Of a stretch of 64,000 nt of DNA, positions 26,030-40,900 are shown piece after piece (the first letter of the stretch is position 1; each line of letters starts with the position of its first letter). Below the pieces are notes generated by a model. It was given only the letters and a program-made list of their open reading frames with translations. It had not been told where the DNA came from and ran no database searches. The DNA is from the human T2T-CHM13v2.0 reference genome, Homo sapiens. The stretch is taken from assembly GCF_009914755.1 (NCBI RefSeq), contig NC_060925.1; one strand, written 5' to 3'. Both the position numbers and the translations under genes were made by a program.

Positions 26030-29000
26030 GGTCAAAATTTCCACGTGCAGACTTTACAAACAGAGTGTTTCCAAACCGCTGAATGAAAAGAAAAGTTAAA
26101 TTCTGAGAGTTGAACGCACACATCACGCAGCAGTTTCTGAGAATGATTCTGTCTAGTTTTTATACGAAGATATTTCCTTTTCTGCCTTTGGCCCCAAAGC
26201 GCTTGAAATCTCCACTTGCAAATTCCACAAAAACAGTGTTTCAAATCTGCTCTCTCTAAATGAAAGTTCAACTCTGTCAGTTGAATACACACAACACAAG
26301 GAAGTTACTGAGAATTCTTCTGTCTAGCATAATATGAAGAAATCCCGTTTCCAACGAAGGCCTCAAAGGGGTCTGAATATCCACTTGCAGACTTTATAAA
26401 CAGAGTGTTTACTAACTGCTCTATGAAAAGAAAGGTTGAACTCTGTGAGTTGAACACACACATCACAAAGGAGTTTCTGAGAATCATTCTGTCTAGTTTT
26501 TCTACGAAGATATTTCCTTTTCTACTATTGACCTCAAAGCGGCTGAAATCTCCACTTGCAAATTCTACAAATAGAGTGTTTCAAGTCTGCTCTGTGTAAA
26601 GGATCGTTCAACTCTGTGAGTTGAATACACATAACACAAGGAAGTTACTGAGAATTCTTCTGTCTAGCAGAATATGAAGAAATCCCGTTTCCAACGAAGA
26701 CCTCAAAGAGGTCTGAATATCCACTTGCAGACTTTACAAACAGAGTGTTTCCTAACTGCTCTATGAAAAGAAAGGTTAAACTCTGTGAGTTGAACGCACA
26801 CATCACAAAGGAGTTTCTGAGAATCGTTCTGTCCAGTTTCTATAGGAAGATATTTCCTATTCTACCATTGACCTCAAAGCGGCTGAAATCTCCACTTGCA
26901 AATTCCACAAAAAGAATGTTTCAAGTCTGCTCTGTGTAAAGGATCGTTCAACTCTGTGAGTTGAATACACACAACACAAGGAAGTTACTGAGAATTCTTC
27001 TGTCTACCATAATATGAAGAAATCCCGTTTCCAACGAAGGCCTCAAAGAGGTCTGAATATCCACTTGCAGACTTTACAAACAGAGTGTTTCCTAACTGCT
27101 CTATGAAAAGAAAAGTTAAACTCTGTGAGTTGAACGCACACATCACAAAGGAGTTTATGAGAATCATTCTGTCTAGTCTTTATACGAAGATATTTCCTTT
27201 TCTACCATTGACCTCAAAGCGGCTGAAATCTCCACTTGCAAATTCCACAAAAAGAGTGTTTCAAGTCTGCTCTGTGTAAAGGATCGTTCAACTCTGTGAG
27301 TTGAATACACACAACACAAGGAAGTTACTGAGAATTCTTCTGTCTAGCAGAATATGAAGAAATCCCGTTTCCAACGAAGGCCTCAAAGAGGTCTGAATAT
27401 CCACTTGCAGACTTTACAAACAGAGTGTTTCCTAACTGCTCTATGAAAAGAAAAGTTAAACTCTGTGAGTTGAACGCACACATCACAAAGGAGTTTATGA
27501 GAATCATTCTGTCTAGTCTTTATACGAAGATATTTCCTTTTCTACCATTGACCTCAAAGCGGCTGAAATCTCCACTTGCAAATTCCACAAAAAGTGTGTT
27601 TCAAGTCTGCTCTGTGTAAAGGATCGTTCAACTCTGTGAGTTGAATACACACAACACAAGGAAGTTACTGAGAATTCTTCTGTCTAGCAGAATATGAAGA
27701 AATCCCGTTTCCAACGAAGGCCTCAAGGAGGTCTGAATATCCACTTGCAGACTTTACAAACAGAGTGTTTCCTAACTGCTCTATGAACAGAAAGGTTAAA
27801 CTCTGTGAGTTGAACGCACACATCACAAAGGAGTTTCTGAGAATCATTCTGTCTAGTCTTTATACGAAGATATTTACTTTTCTACCATTGACCTCAAAGC
27901 GGCTGAAATCTCCACTTGCAAATTCCACAAAAAGAGTGTTTCAAGTCTGCTCTGTGTAAAGGATCATTCCACTCTGTGAGTTGAATAAACACAACACAAG
28001 GAAGTTACTGAGAATTATTCTGTCTAGCAGAATATGAAGAAATCCCGTTTCCAACGAAGGCCACAAGATGTCAGAATATCCACTTACAGACTTTACAGAG
28101 TGTTTCCTAACTGCTCTATGAACAGAAAGGTTAAACTCTGTGAGTTGAACGAACACATCACAACGCAGTTTGTGGGAATGATTCTGTCTAGTTTTGAAAC
28201 GAAGATATTTCCTTTTCTGCCATTGACCTTAAAGCGCTTGAAATCTACACTTGCAAATTGCACAAATAGAGTGTTTCAAATCTGCTCTGTCTAAGGGAAC
28301 GTTCAACTCTGTGAGTTGAATGCACACAACACAAGGAAGTTACTGGGAATTCTTCTGTCTAGCCTTACATGAAAAAAAACCCGTTTCCAACGAAGGCCTC
28401 TAAGTGGTCAAAATATCCACGTGCAGTCTTTACAAACAGAGTGTTTCCAAACCGCTGAATGAAAAGAAAAGTTAAACTCTGAGAGTTGAACGCACACATC
28501 ACGCAGCAGTTTCTGAGAATGATTCTGTCTAGTTTTTATACGAAGATATTTCCTTTTCTGCCTTTGGCCCCAAAGCGCTTGAAATCTCCACTTGCAAATT
28601 CCACAAAAACAGTGTTTCAAATCTGCTCTCTCTAAATGAAAGTTCAACTCTGTCAGTTGAATACACACAACACAAGGAAGTTACTGAGAATTCTTCTGTC
28701 TAGCATAATATGAAGAAATCCCGTTTCCAACGAAGGCCTCAAAGGGGTCTGAATATCCACTTGCAGACTTTATAAACAGAGTGTTTACTAACTGCTCTAT
28801 GAAAAGAAAGGTTAAACTCTGTGAGTTGAACACACAGATCACAAAGGAGTTTCTGAGAATCATTCTGTCTAGTTTTTCTACGAAGATATTTCCTTTTCTA
28901 CTATTGACCTCAAAGCGGCTGAAACCTCCACTTGCAAATTCCACAAAAAGAGTGTTTCAAGTCTGCTCTGTGTAAAGGATCGTTCAACTCTGTGAGTTGA

Positions 29001-32000
29001 ATACACACAACACAAGGAAGTTACTGAGAATTCTTCTGTCTAGCAGAATATGAAGAAATCCCGTTTCCAACGAAGGCCTCAAAGAGGTCTGAATATCCAC
29101 TTGCAGACTTTACAAACAGAGTGTTTCCTAACTGCTCTATGAAAAGAAAGGTTAAACTCTGTGAGTTGAACGCACACATCACAAAGGAGTTTCTGAGAAT
29201 CATTCTGTCTAGTTTCTATAGGAAGATATTTCCTATTCTACCGTTGACCTCAAAGCGGCTGAAATCTCCACTTGCAAATTCCACAAAAAGAGTGTTTCAA
29301 GTCTGCTCTGTGTAAAGGATCGTTCAACTCTGTGAGTTGAATACACACAACACAAGGAAGTTACTGAGAATTATTCTGTCTAGCAGAATATGAAGAAATC
29401 CCGTTTCCAACGAAAGCCTCAAGGAGGTCTGAATATCCACTTGCAGACTTTACAAACAGAGTGTTTCCTAACTGTCTCTATGAACAGAAAGGTTAAACTC
29501 TGTGAGTTGAACGAACACATCACAACGCAGTTTGTGGGAATGATTCTGTCTAGTTTTGAAACGAAGATATTTCCTTTTCTGCCATTGACCTTAAAGCGCT
29601 TGAAATCTACACTTGCAAATTGCACAAATAGAGTGTTTCAAATCTGCTCTGTCTAAGGGAACGTTCAACTCTGTGAGTTGAATGCACACAACACAAGGAA
29701 GTTACTGGGAATTCTTCTGTCTAGCCTTACATGAAAAAAACCCGTTTCCAACGAAGGCCTCTAAGTGGTCAAAATATCCACGTGCAGACTTTACAAACAG
29801 AGTGTTTCCAAACCGCTGAATGAAAAGAAAAGTTAAACTCTGAGAGTTGAACGCACACATCACGCAGCAGTTTCTGAGAATGATTCTGTCTAGTTTTTAT
29901 ACGAAGATATTTCCTTTTCTGCCTTTGGCCCCAAAGCGCTTGAAATCTCCACTTGCAAATTCCACAAAAACAGTGTTTCAAATCTGCTCTCTCTAAATGA
30001 AAGTTCAACTCTGTCAGTTGAATACACACAACACAAGGAAGTTACTGAGAATTCTTCTGTCTAGCATAATATGAAGAAATCCCGTTTCCAACGAAGGCCT
30101 CAAAGGGGTCTGAATATCCACTTGCAGACTTTATAAACAGAGTGTTTACTAACTGCTCTATGAAAAGAAAGGTTGAACTCTGTGAGTTGAACATACACAT
30201 CACAAAGGAGTTTCTGAGAATCATTCTGTCTAGTTTTTTTACGAAGATATTTCCTTTTCTACTATTGACCTCAAAGCGGCTGAAATCTCCACTTGCAAAT
30301 TCTACAAATAGAGTGTTTCAAGTCTGCTCTGTGTAAAGGATCGTTCAACTCTGTGAGTTGAATACACATAACACAAGGAAGTTACTGAGAATTCTTCTGT
30401 CTAGCAGAATATGAAGAAATCCCGTTTCCAACGAAGACCTCAAAGAGGTCTGAATATCCACTTGCAGACTTTACAAACAGAGTGTTTCCTAACTGCTCTA
30501 TGAAAAGAAAGGTTAAACTCTGTGAGTTGAACGCACACATCACAAAGGAGTTTCTGAGAATCGTTCTGTCTAGTTTCTATAGGAAGATATTTCCTATTCT
30601 ACCATTGACCTCAAAGCGGCTGAAATCTCCACTTGCAAATTCCACAAAAAGAATGTTTCAAGTCTGCTCTGTGTAAAGGATCGTTCAACTCTGTGAGTTG
30701 AATACACACAACACAAGGAAGTTACTGAGAATTCTTCTGTCTACCATAATATGAAGAAATCCCGTTTCCAACGAAGGCCTCAAAGAGGTCTGAATATCCA
30801 CTTGCAGACTTTACAAACAGAGTGTTTCCTAACTGCTCTATGAACAGAAAGGTTAAACTCTGTGAGTTGAACGCACACATCACAAAGGAGTTTCTGAGAA
30901 TCGTTCTGTCTAGTTTCTATAGGAAGATATTTCCTATTCTACCATTGACCTCAAAGCGGCTGAAATCTCCACTTGCAAATTCCACAAAAAGAGTGTTTCA
31001 AGTCTGCTCTGTGTAAAGGATCGTTCAACTCTGTGAGTTGAATACACACAACACAAGGAAGTTACTGAGAATTCTTCTGTCTAGCATAATATGAAGAAAT
31101 CCCGTTTCCAACGAAGGCCTCAAAGAGGTCTGAATATCCACTTGCAGACTTTACAAACAGAGTGTTTCCTAACTGCTCTATGAAAAGAAAAGTTAAACTC
31201 TGTGAGTTGAACGCACACATCACAAAGGAGTTTATGAGAATCATTCTGTCTAGTCTTTATACGAAGATATTTCCTTTTCTACCATTGACCTCAAAGCGGC
31301 TGAAATCTCCACTTGCAAATTCCACAAAAAGAGTGTTTCAAGTCTGCTCTGTGTAAAGGATCGTTCAACTCTGTGAGTTGAATACACGCAACACAAGGAA
31401 GTTACTGAGAATTCTTCTGTCTAGCAGAATATGAAGAAATCCCGTTTCCAACGAAGGCCTCAAGGAGGTCTGAATATCCACTTGCAGACTTTACAAACAG
31501 AGTGTTTCCTAACTGCTCTATGAACAGTAAGGTTAAACTCTGTGAGTTGAACGCACACATCACAAAGGAGTTTCTGAGAATCATTCTGTCTAGTCTTTAT
31601 ACGAAGATATTTACTTTTCTACCATTGACCTCAAAGCGGCTGAAATCTCCACTTGCAAATTCCACAAAAAGAGTGTTTCAAGTCTGCTCTGTGTAAAGGA
31701 TCATTCCACTCTGTGAGTTGAATAAACACAACACAAGGAAGTTACTGAGAATTATTCTGTCTAGCAGAATATGAAGAAATCCCGTTTCCAACGAAGGCCA
31801 CAAGATGTCAGAATATCCACTTACAGACTTTACAGAGTGTTTCCTAACTGCTCTATGAACAGAAAGGTTAAACTCTGTGAGTTGAACGAACACATCACAA
31901 CGCAGTTTGTGGGAATGATTCTGTCTAGTTTTGAAACGAAGATATTTCCTTTTCTGCCATTGACCTTAAAGCGCTTGAAATCTACACTTGCAAATTGCAC

Positions 32001-33780
32001 AAATAGAGTGTTTCAAATCTGCTCTGTCTAAGGGAACGTTCAACTCTGTGAGTTGAATGCACACAACACAAGGAAGTTACTGGGAATTCTTCTGTCTAGC
32101 CTTACATGAAAAAAACCCGTTTCCAACGAAGGCCTCTAAGTGGTCAAAATATCCACGTGCAGTCTTTACAAACAGAGTGTTTCCAAACCGCTGAATGAAA
32201 AGAAAAGTTAAACTCTGAGAGTTGAACGCACACATCACGCAGCAGTTTCTGAGAATGATTCTGTCTAGTTTTTATACGAAGATATTTCCTTTTCTGCCTT
32301 TAGCCCCAAAGCGCTTGAAATCTCCACTTGCAAATTCCACAAAAACAGTGTTTCAAATCTGCTCTCTCTAAATGAAAGTTCAACTCTGTCAGTTGAATAC
32401 ACACAACACAAGGAAGTTACTGAGAATTCTTCTGTCTAGCATAATATGAAGAAATCCCGTTTCCAACGAAGGCCTCAAAGGGGTCTGAATATCCACTTGC
32501 AGACTTTATAAACAGAGTGTTTACTAACTGCTCTAGGAAAAGAAAGGTTAAACTCTGTGAGTTGAACACACACATCACAAAGGAGTTTCTGAGAATCATT
32601 CTGTCTAGTTTTTCTACGAAGATATTTCCTTTTCTACTATTGACCTCAAAGCGGCTGAAATCTCCACTTGCAAATTCCACAAAAAGAGTGTTTCAAGTCT
32701 GCTCTGTGTAAAGGATCGTTCAACTCTGTGAGTTGAATACACACAACACAAGGAAGTTACTGAGAATTCTTCTGTCTAGCAGAATATGAAGAAATCCCGT
32801 TTCCAACGAAGGCCTCAAAGAGGTCTGAATATCCACTTGCAGACTTTACAAACAGAGTGTTTCCTAACTGCTCTATGAAAAGAAAGGTTAAACTCTGTGA
32901 GTTGAACGCACACATCACAAAGCAGTTTCTGAGAATCATTCTGTCTAGTTTCTATAGGAAGATATTTCCTATTCTACCGTTGACCTCAAAGCGGCTGAAA
33001 TCTCCACTTGCAAATTCCACAAAAAGAGTGTTTCAAGTCTGCTCTGTGTAAAGGATCGTTCAACTCTGTGAGTTGAATACACACAACACAAGGAAGTTAC
33101 TGAGAATTATTCTGTCTAGCAGAATATGAAGAAATCCCGTTTCCAACGAAAGCCTCAAGGAGGTCTGAATATCCACTTGCAGACTTTACAAACAGAGTGT
33201 TTCCTAACTGCTCTATGAACAGAAAGGTTAAACTCTGTGAGTTGAACGAACACATCACAACGCAGTTTGCGGGAATGATTCTGTCTAGTTTTGAAACGAA
33301 GATATTTCCTTTTCTGCCATTGACCTTAAAGCGCTTGAAATCTACACTTGCAAATTGCACAAATAGAGTGTTTCAAATCTGCTCTGTCTAAGGGAACGTT
33401 CAACTCTGTGAGTTGAATGCACACAACACAAGGAAGTTACTGGGAATTCTTCTGTCTAGCCTTACATGAAAAAAACCCGTTTCCAACGAAGGCCTCTAAG
33501 TGGTCAAAATATCCACGTGCAGACTTTACAAACAGAGTGTTTCCAAACCGCTGAATGAAAAGAAAAGTTAAACTCTGAGAGTTGAACGCACACATCACGC
33601 AGCAGTTTCTGAGAATGATTCTGTCTAGTTTTTATACGAAGATATTTCCTTTTCTGCCTTTGGCCCCAAAGCGCTTGAAATCTCCACTTGCAAATTCCAC
33701 AAAAACAGTGTTTCAAATCTGCTCTCTCTAAATGAAAGTTCAACTCTGTCAGTTGAATACACACAACACAAGGAAGTTAC
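26030..33780. repeat. Tandem duplication with ~3737-bp period (11 dimers, 22-mer super-unit, ~2 copies)
   Basis: Offsets of 3735-3737 for 26032/29769, 26405/30142, 26745/30482, 27765/31502, 28034/31771, 28781/32517, 29121/32857 and 29769/33504. Shared markers TGTCTACCAT, CATTCCACTC, the 4-bp deletion, CTACCGTTGA and CGAAAGCCTC. Confidence 0.85.
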
Positions 33781-34462
33781 TGAGAATTCTTCTGTCTAGC
33801 ATAATAGGAAGAAATCCCGTTTCCAACGAAGCCCTCAAAGGGGTCTGAATATCCACTTGCAGACTTTATAAACAGAGTGTTTACTAACTGCTCTATGAAA
33901 AGAAAGGTTAAACTCTGTGAGTTGAACACACACATCACAAAGGAGTTTCTGAGAATCATTCTGTCTAGTTTCTATAAGAAGATATTTCCTATTCTACCAT
34001 TGACCTCAAAGCGGCTGAAATCTCCACTTGCAAATTCGACAAAAATAGTGTTTCAAGCCTGCTCTCTGTAAAGGATCCTTCAACTCTGTGAGTTGAATAC
34101 ACATAACACAAGGAAGTTACTGAGAATTCTTCTGTCTAGCAGAATATGAAGAAATCCCGTTTCCAACGAAGGCCACAAGATGTCAGAATATCCACTTACA
34201 GACTTTACAAACAGAGTGTTTCCTAACTGCTCTATGAACAGAAAGGTTAAACTCTGTGAGTTGAACGAACACATCACAACGCAGTTTGTGGGAATGATTC
34301 TGTCTAGTTTTGAAACGAAGATATTTCCTTTTCTGCCATTGACCTTAAAGCGCTTGAAATCTACACTTGCAAATTGCACAAATAGAGTGTTTCAAATCTG
34401 CTCTCTCTAAGGGAACGTTCAACTCTGTGAGTTGAATGCACACAACACAAAGAAGTTACTGG
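33444..34462 (-). repeat. Shortest HOR variant seen: 6-mer (3 dimers, 1019 bp)
   Basis: Distance between successive GGGAATTC sites that open the diagnostic CCTTACATGAAAAAAACCCG dimer. Confidence 0.8.
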
Positions 34463-36929
34463 GAATTCTTCTGTCTAGCCTTACATGAAAAAAAACCCGT
34501 TTCCAACGAAGGCCACTAAGTGGTCAAAATATCCACGTGCAGACTTTACAAACAGAGTGTTTCCAAACCGCTGAATGAAAAGAAAAGTTAAACTCTGAGA
34601 GTTGAACGCACACATCACGCAGCAGTTTCTGAGAATGATTCTGTCTAGTTTTTATACGAAGATATTTCCTTTTCTGTCCTTGGCCCCAAAGCGCTTGAAA
34701 TCTCCACTTGCAAATTCCACAAAAACAGTGTTTCAAATCTGCTCTCTCTAAATGAAAGTTCAACTCTGTGAGTAGAATACACACAACACAAGGAAGTTAC
34801 TGAGAATTCTTCTGTCTAGCATAATATGAAGAAATCCCGTTTCCAACGAAGGCCTCAAAGGGGTCTGAATATCCACTTGGAAACTTTATAAACAGAGTGT
34901 TTACTAACTGCTCTATGAAAAGAAAGGTTAAACTCTGTGAGTTGAACACACACATCACAAAGGAGTTTCTGAGAATCATTCTGCCTAGTTTTTCTACGAA
35001 GATATTTCCTTTTCTACAATTGACCTCAAAGCGGCTGAAATCTCCACTTGCAAATTCCACAAAAAGAGTGTTTCAAGTCTGCTCTGTGTAAAGGATCGTT
35101 CAACTCTGTGAGTTGAATACACACAACACAAGGAAGTTACTGAGAATTCTTCTGTCTAGCAGAATATGAAGAAATCCCGTTTCTAACGAAGGCCTCAAAG
35201 AGGTCTGAATATCCACTTGCAGACTTTACAAACAGAGTGTTTCCTAACTGCTCTATGAAAAGAAAGGTTAAACTCTGTGAGTTGAACGCACACATCACAA
35301 AGGAGTTTCTGAGAATCATTCTGTCTAGTTTCTATAGGAAGATATTTCCTATTCTACCATTGACCTCAAAGCGGCTGAAATCTCCAATTGCAAATTCCAC
35401 AAAAAGAGTGTTTCAAGTCTGCTCTGTGTAAAGGATCGTTCAACTCTGTGAGTTGAATACACACAACACAAGGAAGTTACTGAGAATTCTTCTGTCTAGC
35501 AGAATATGAAGAAATACCGTTTCCAACGAAGGCCTCAAGGAGGTCTGAATATCCACTTGCAGACTTTACAAACAGAGTGTTTCCTAACTGCTCTATGAAC
35601 AGAAAGGTTAAACTCTGTGAGTTGAACGCACACATCACAAAGGAGTTTCTGAGAATCATTCTGTCTAATCTTTATACGTAGATATTTCCTTTTCTACCAT
35701 TGACCTCAAAGCGGCTGAAATCTCCACTTGCAAATTCCACAAAAAGAGTGTTTCAAGTCTGCTCTGTGTAAAGGATCGTTCAACTCTGTGAGTTGAATAC
35801 ACACAACACAAGGAAGTTACTGAGAATTCTTCTGTCTAGCAGAATATGAACAAATCCCGTTTCCAACGAAGGCCACAAGATGTCACAATATCCACTTACA
35901 GACTTTACAGAGTGTTTCCTAACTGCTCTATGAACAGAAAGGTTAAACTCTGTGAGTTGAACGAACACATCACAACGCAGTTTGTGGGAATGATTCTGTC
36001 TAGTTTTGAAACGAAGATATTTCCTTTTCTGCCATTGACCTTAAAGCGCTTGAAATCTACACTTGCAAATTGCACAAATAGAGTGTTTCAAATCTGCTCT
36101 GTCTAAGGGAACGTTCAACTCTGTGAGTTGAATGCACACAACACAAGGAAGTTACTGGGAATTCTTCTGTCTAGCCTTACATGAAAAAAACCCGTTTCCA
36201 ACGAAGGCCTCTAAGTGGTCAAAATATCCACGTGCAGACTTTACAAACAGAGTGTTTCTTAACTGCTCTATGAAAAGAAAGGTTAAACTCTGTGATTTGA
36301 ACGCACACATCACAAAGGAGTTTATGAGAATCATTCTGTCTAGTCTTTATACGAAGATATTTCATTTTCTACCATTGACCTCAAAGCGGCTGTAATCTCC
36401 ACTTGCAAATTCCACAAAAAGTGTGTTTCAAGTCTGCTCTGTGTAAAGGATCGTTCAACTCTGTGAGTTGAATACACACAACACAAAGAAGTTACTGAGA
36501 ATTCTTCTGTCTAGCAGAATATGAAGAAATCCCGTTTCCAACGAAGGCCTCAAGGAGGTCTGAATATCCACTTGCAGACTTTACAAACAGAGTGTTTCCT
36601 AACTGCTCTATGAACAGAAAGGTTAAACTCTGTGAGTTGAACGCACACATCACAAAGGAGTTTATGAGAATCATTCTGTCTAGTCTTTATATGAAGATAG
36701 TTTCCTTTTCTACCATTGACCTCAAAGCGGCTGAAATCTCCACTTGCAAATTCCACAAAAAGAGTGTTTCAAGTCTGCTCTGTGTAAAGGATCGTTCAAC
36801 TCTGTGAGTTGAATACACACAACACAAGGAAGTTACTGAGAATTCTTCTGTCTAGCAGAATATGAAGAAATCCCGTTTCCTACGAAGGCCACAAGATGTC
36901 AGGATATCCACTTACAGACTTTACAAACA

Positions 36930-39900
36930 GAGTGTTTCCTAACTGCTCTATGAACAGAAAGGTTAAACTCTGTGAGTTGAACGAACACATCACAACGCAG
37001 TTTGTGGGAATGATTCTGTCTAGTTTTAAAACGAAGATATTTCCTTTTCTGCCATTGACCTTAAAGCGCTTGAAATCTACACTTGCAAATTGCACAAATA
37101 GAGTGTTTCAAGTCTGCTCTGTGTAAAGGATCGTTCAACTCTGTGAGTTGAATACACACAACACAAGGAAGTTACTGAGAATTCTTCTGTCTAGCAGAAT
37201 ATGAAGAAATCCCGTTTCCAACGAAGGCCTCAAAGAGGTCTGAATATCCACTTGCAGACTTTACAAACAGAGTGTTTCCTAACTGCTCTATGAGAAGAAA
37301 AGTTAAACTCTGTGAGTTGAACGCACACATCACAAAAGATTTTCTGAGAATCATTCTGTCTAGTCTTTATATGAAGATAGTTTCCTTTTCTACCATTGAC
37401 CTCAATGCGGCTGAAATCTCCACTTGCAAATTCCACAAAAAGAGTGTTTCAAGTCTGCTCTGTGTAAAGGATCGTTCAACTCTGTGAGTTGAATACACAC
37501 CACACAAGGAAGTTACTGAGAATTCTTCTGTCTAGCAGAATATGAAGAAATCCCGTTTCCAACGAAGGCCTCTAGGAGGTCTGAATATCCACTTGCAGAC
37601 TTTACAAACAGAGTGTTTCCTAACTGCTCTATGAACAGAAAGGTTAAACTCTGTGAGTTGAACGAACACATCACAACGCAGTTTGTGGGAATGATTCTGT
37701 CTAGTTTTGAAACGAAGATATTTCCTTTTCTGCCGTTGACCTTAAAGCGCTTGAAATCTACACTTGCAAATTGCACAAATAGAGTGTTTCAAATCTGCTC
37801 TGTCTAAGGGAACGTTCAACTCTGTGAGTTGAATGCACACAACACAAGGAAGTTACTGGGAATTCTTCTGTCTAGCATTACATGAAAAAAACCCGTTTCC
37901 AACGAAGGCCTCTAAGTGGTCAAAATTTCCACGTGCAGACTTTACAAACAGAGTGTTTCCAAACCGCTGAATGAAAAGAAAAGTTAAACTCTGAGAGTTG
38001 AACGCACACATCACGCAGCAGTTTCTGAGAATGATTCTGTCTAGTTTTTATACGAAGATATTTCCTTTTCTGCCTTTGGCCCCAAAGCGCTTGAAATCTC
38101 CACTTGCAAATTCCACAAAAACAGTGTTTCAAATCTGCTCTCTCTAAATGAAAGTTCAACTCTGTCAGTTGAATACACACAACACAAGGAAGTTACTGAG
38201 AATTCTTCTGTCTAGCATAATATGAAGAAATCCCGTTTCCAACGAAGGCCTCAAAGGGGTCTGAATATCCACTTGCAGACTTTATAAACAGAGTGTTTAC
38301 TAACTGCTCTAGGAAAAGAAAGGTTAAACTCTGTGAGTTGAACACACACATCACAAAGGAGTTTCTGAGAATCATTCTGTCTAGTTTTTCTACGAAGATA
38401 TTTCCTTTTCTACTATTGACCCCAAAGCGACTGAAATCTCCACTTGCAAATTCCACAAAAAGAGTGTTTCAAGTCTGCTCTGTGTAAAGGATCGTTCAAC
38501 TCTGTGAGTTGAATACACACAACACAAGGAAGTTAGTGAGAATTCTTCTGTCTAGCAGAATATGAAGAAATCCCGTTTCCAACGAAGGCCTCAAAGAGGT
38601 CTGAATATCCACTTGCAGACTTTACAAACAGAGTGTTTCCTAACTGCTCTATGAAAAGAAAGGTTAAACTCTGTGAGTTGAACGCACACATCACAAAGGA
38701 GTTTCTGAGAATCGTTCTGTCTAGTTTCTATACGAAGATATTTCCTATTCTACCATTGACCTCAAAGCGGCTGAAATCTCCACTTGCAAATTCCAAAAAA
38801 GAGTGTTTCAAGTCTGCTCTGTGTAAAGGATCGTTCAACTCTGTGAGTTGAATACACACAACACAAGGAAGTTACTGAGAATTATTCTGTCTAGCATAAT
38901 ATGAAGAAATCCCGTTTCCAACGAAGGCCTCAAAGAGGTCTGAATATCCACTTGCAGACTTTACAAACAGAGTGTTTCCTAACTGCTCTATGAAAAGAAA
39001 AGTTAAACTCTGTGATTTGAACGCACACATCACAAAGGAGTTTATGAGAATCATTCTGTCTAGTCTTTATACGAAGATATTTCCTTTTCTACCATTGACC
39101 TCAAAGCGGCTGTAATCTCCACTTGCAAATTCCACAAAAAGTGTGTTTCAAGTCTGCTCTGTGTAAAGGATCGTTCAACTCTGTGAGTTGAATACACACA
39201 ACACAAAGAAGTTACTGAGAATTCTTCTGTCTAGCAGAATATGAAGAAATCCCGTTTCCAACGAAGGCCTCAAGGAGGTCTGTATATCCACTTGCAGACT
39301 TTACAAACAGAGTGTTTCCTAACTGCTCTATGAACAGAAAGGTTAAACTCTGTGAGTTGAACGAACACATCACAACGCAGTTTGTGGGAATGATTCTGTC
39401 TAGTTTTAAAACGAAGATATTTCCTTTTCTGCCATTGACCTTAAAGCGCTTGAAATCTACACTTGCAAATTGCACAAATAGAGTGTTTCAAGTCTGCTCT
39501 GTGTAAAGGATCGTTCAACTCTGTGAGTTGAATACACACAACACAAGGAAGTTACTGAGAATTCTTCTGTCTAGCAGAATATGAAGAAATCCCGTTTCCA
39601 ACGAAGGCCTCAAAGAGGTCTGAATATCCACTTGCAGACTTTACAAACAGAGTGTTTCCTAACTGCTCTATGAGAAGAAAAGTTAAACTCTGTGAGTTGA
39701 ACGCACACATCACAAAAGATTTTCTGAGAATCATTCTGTCTAGTCTTTATATGAAGATAGTTTCCTTTTCTACCATTGACCTCAATGCGGCTGAAATCTC
39801 CACTTGCAAATTCCACAAAAAGAGTGTTTCAAGTCTGCTCTGTGTAAAGGATCGTTCAACTCTGTGAGTTGAATACACGCAACACAAGGAAGTTACTGAG

Positions 39901-40900
39901 AATTCTTCTGTCTAGCAGAATATGAAGAAATCCCGTTTCCAACGAAGGCCTCAAGGAGGTCTGAATATCCACTTGCAGACTTTACAAACAGAGTGTTTCC
40001 TAACTGCTCTATGAACAGAAAGGTTAAACTCTGTGAGTTGAACGAACACATCACAACGCAGTTTGTGGGAATGATTCTGTCTAGTTTTGAAACGAAGATA
40101 TTTCCTTTTCTGCCGTTGACCTTAAAGCGCTTGAAATCTACACTTGCAAATTGCACAAATAGAGTGTTTCAAATCTGCTCTGTCTAAGGGATCGTTCAAC
40201 TCTGTGAGTTGAATGCACACAACACAAGGAAGTTACTGGGAATTCTTCTGTCTAGCCTTACATGAAAAAAACCCGTTTCCAACGAAGGCCTCTAAGTGGT
40301 CAAAATTTCCACGTGCAGACTTTACAAACAGAGTGTTTCCAAACCGCTGAATGAAAAGAAAAGTTAAACTCTGAGAGTTGAACGCACACATCACGCAGCA
40401 GTTTCTGAGAATGATTCTGTCTAGTTTTTATACGAAGATATTTCCTTTTCTGCCTTTGGCCCCAAAGCGCTTGAAATCTCCACTTGCAAATTCCACAAAA
40501 ACAGTGTTTCAAATCTGCTCTCTCTAAATGAAAGTTCAACTCTGTCAGTTGAATACACACAACACAAGGAAGTTACTGAGAATTCTTCTGTCTAGCATAA
40601 TATGAAGAAATCCCGTTTCCAACGAAGGCCTCAAAGGGGTCTGAATATCCACTTGCAGACTTTATAAACAGAGTGTTTACTAACTGCTCTATGAAAAGAA
40701 AGGTTAAACTCTGTGAGTTGAACACACACATCACAAAGGAGTTTCTGAGAATCGTTCTGTCTAGTTTTTCTACGAAGATATTTCCTTTTCTACTATTGAC
40801 CTCAAAGCGGCTGAAATCTCCACTTGCAAATTCCACAAAAAGAGTGTTTCAAGTCTGCTCTGTGTAAAGGATCGTTCAACTCTGTGAGTTGAATACACAC
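36930..40900. repeat. Partial tandem duplication with 2380-bp period (7 dimers, 14-mer)
   Basis: Offset 2380 for 37272/39652, 37613/39993, 37920/40300 and 38293/40673. Private marker CTCAATGCGG at ~37401 and ~39781, and the same A-type hybrid dimer upstream of both. Confidence 0.8.

Noticed and set aside
28372-28379. A8 versus A7 run difference between duplicate copies as a lineage marker
   Set aside because: Homopolymer length is prone to slippage and sequencing error, so it is unreliable without reads.
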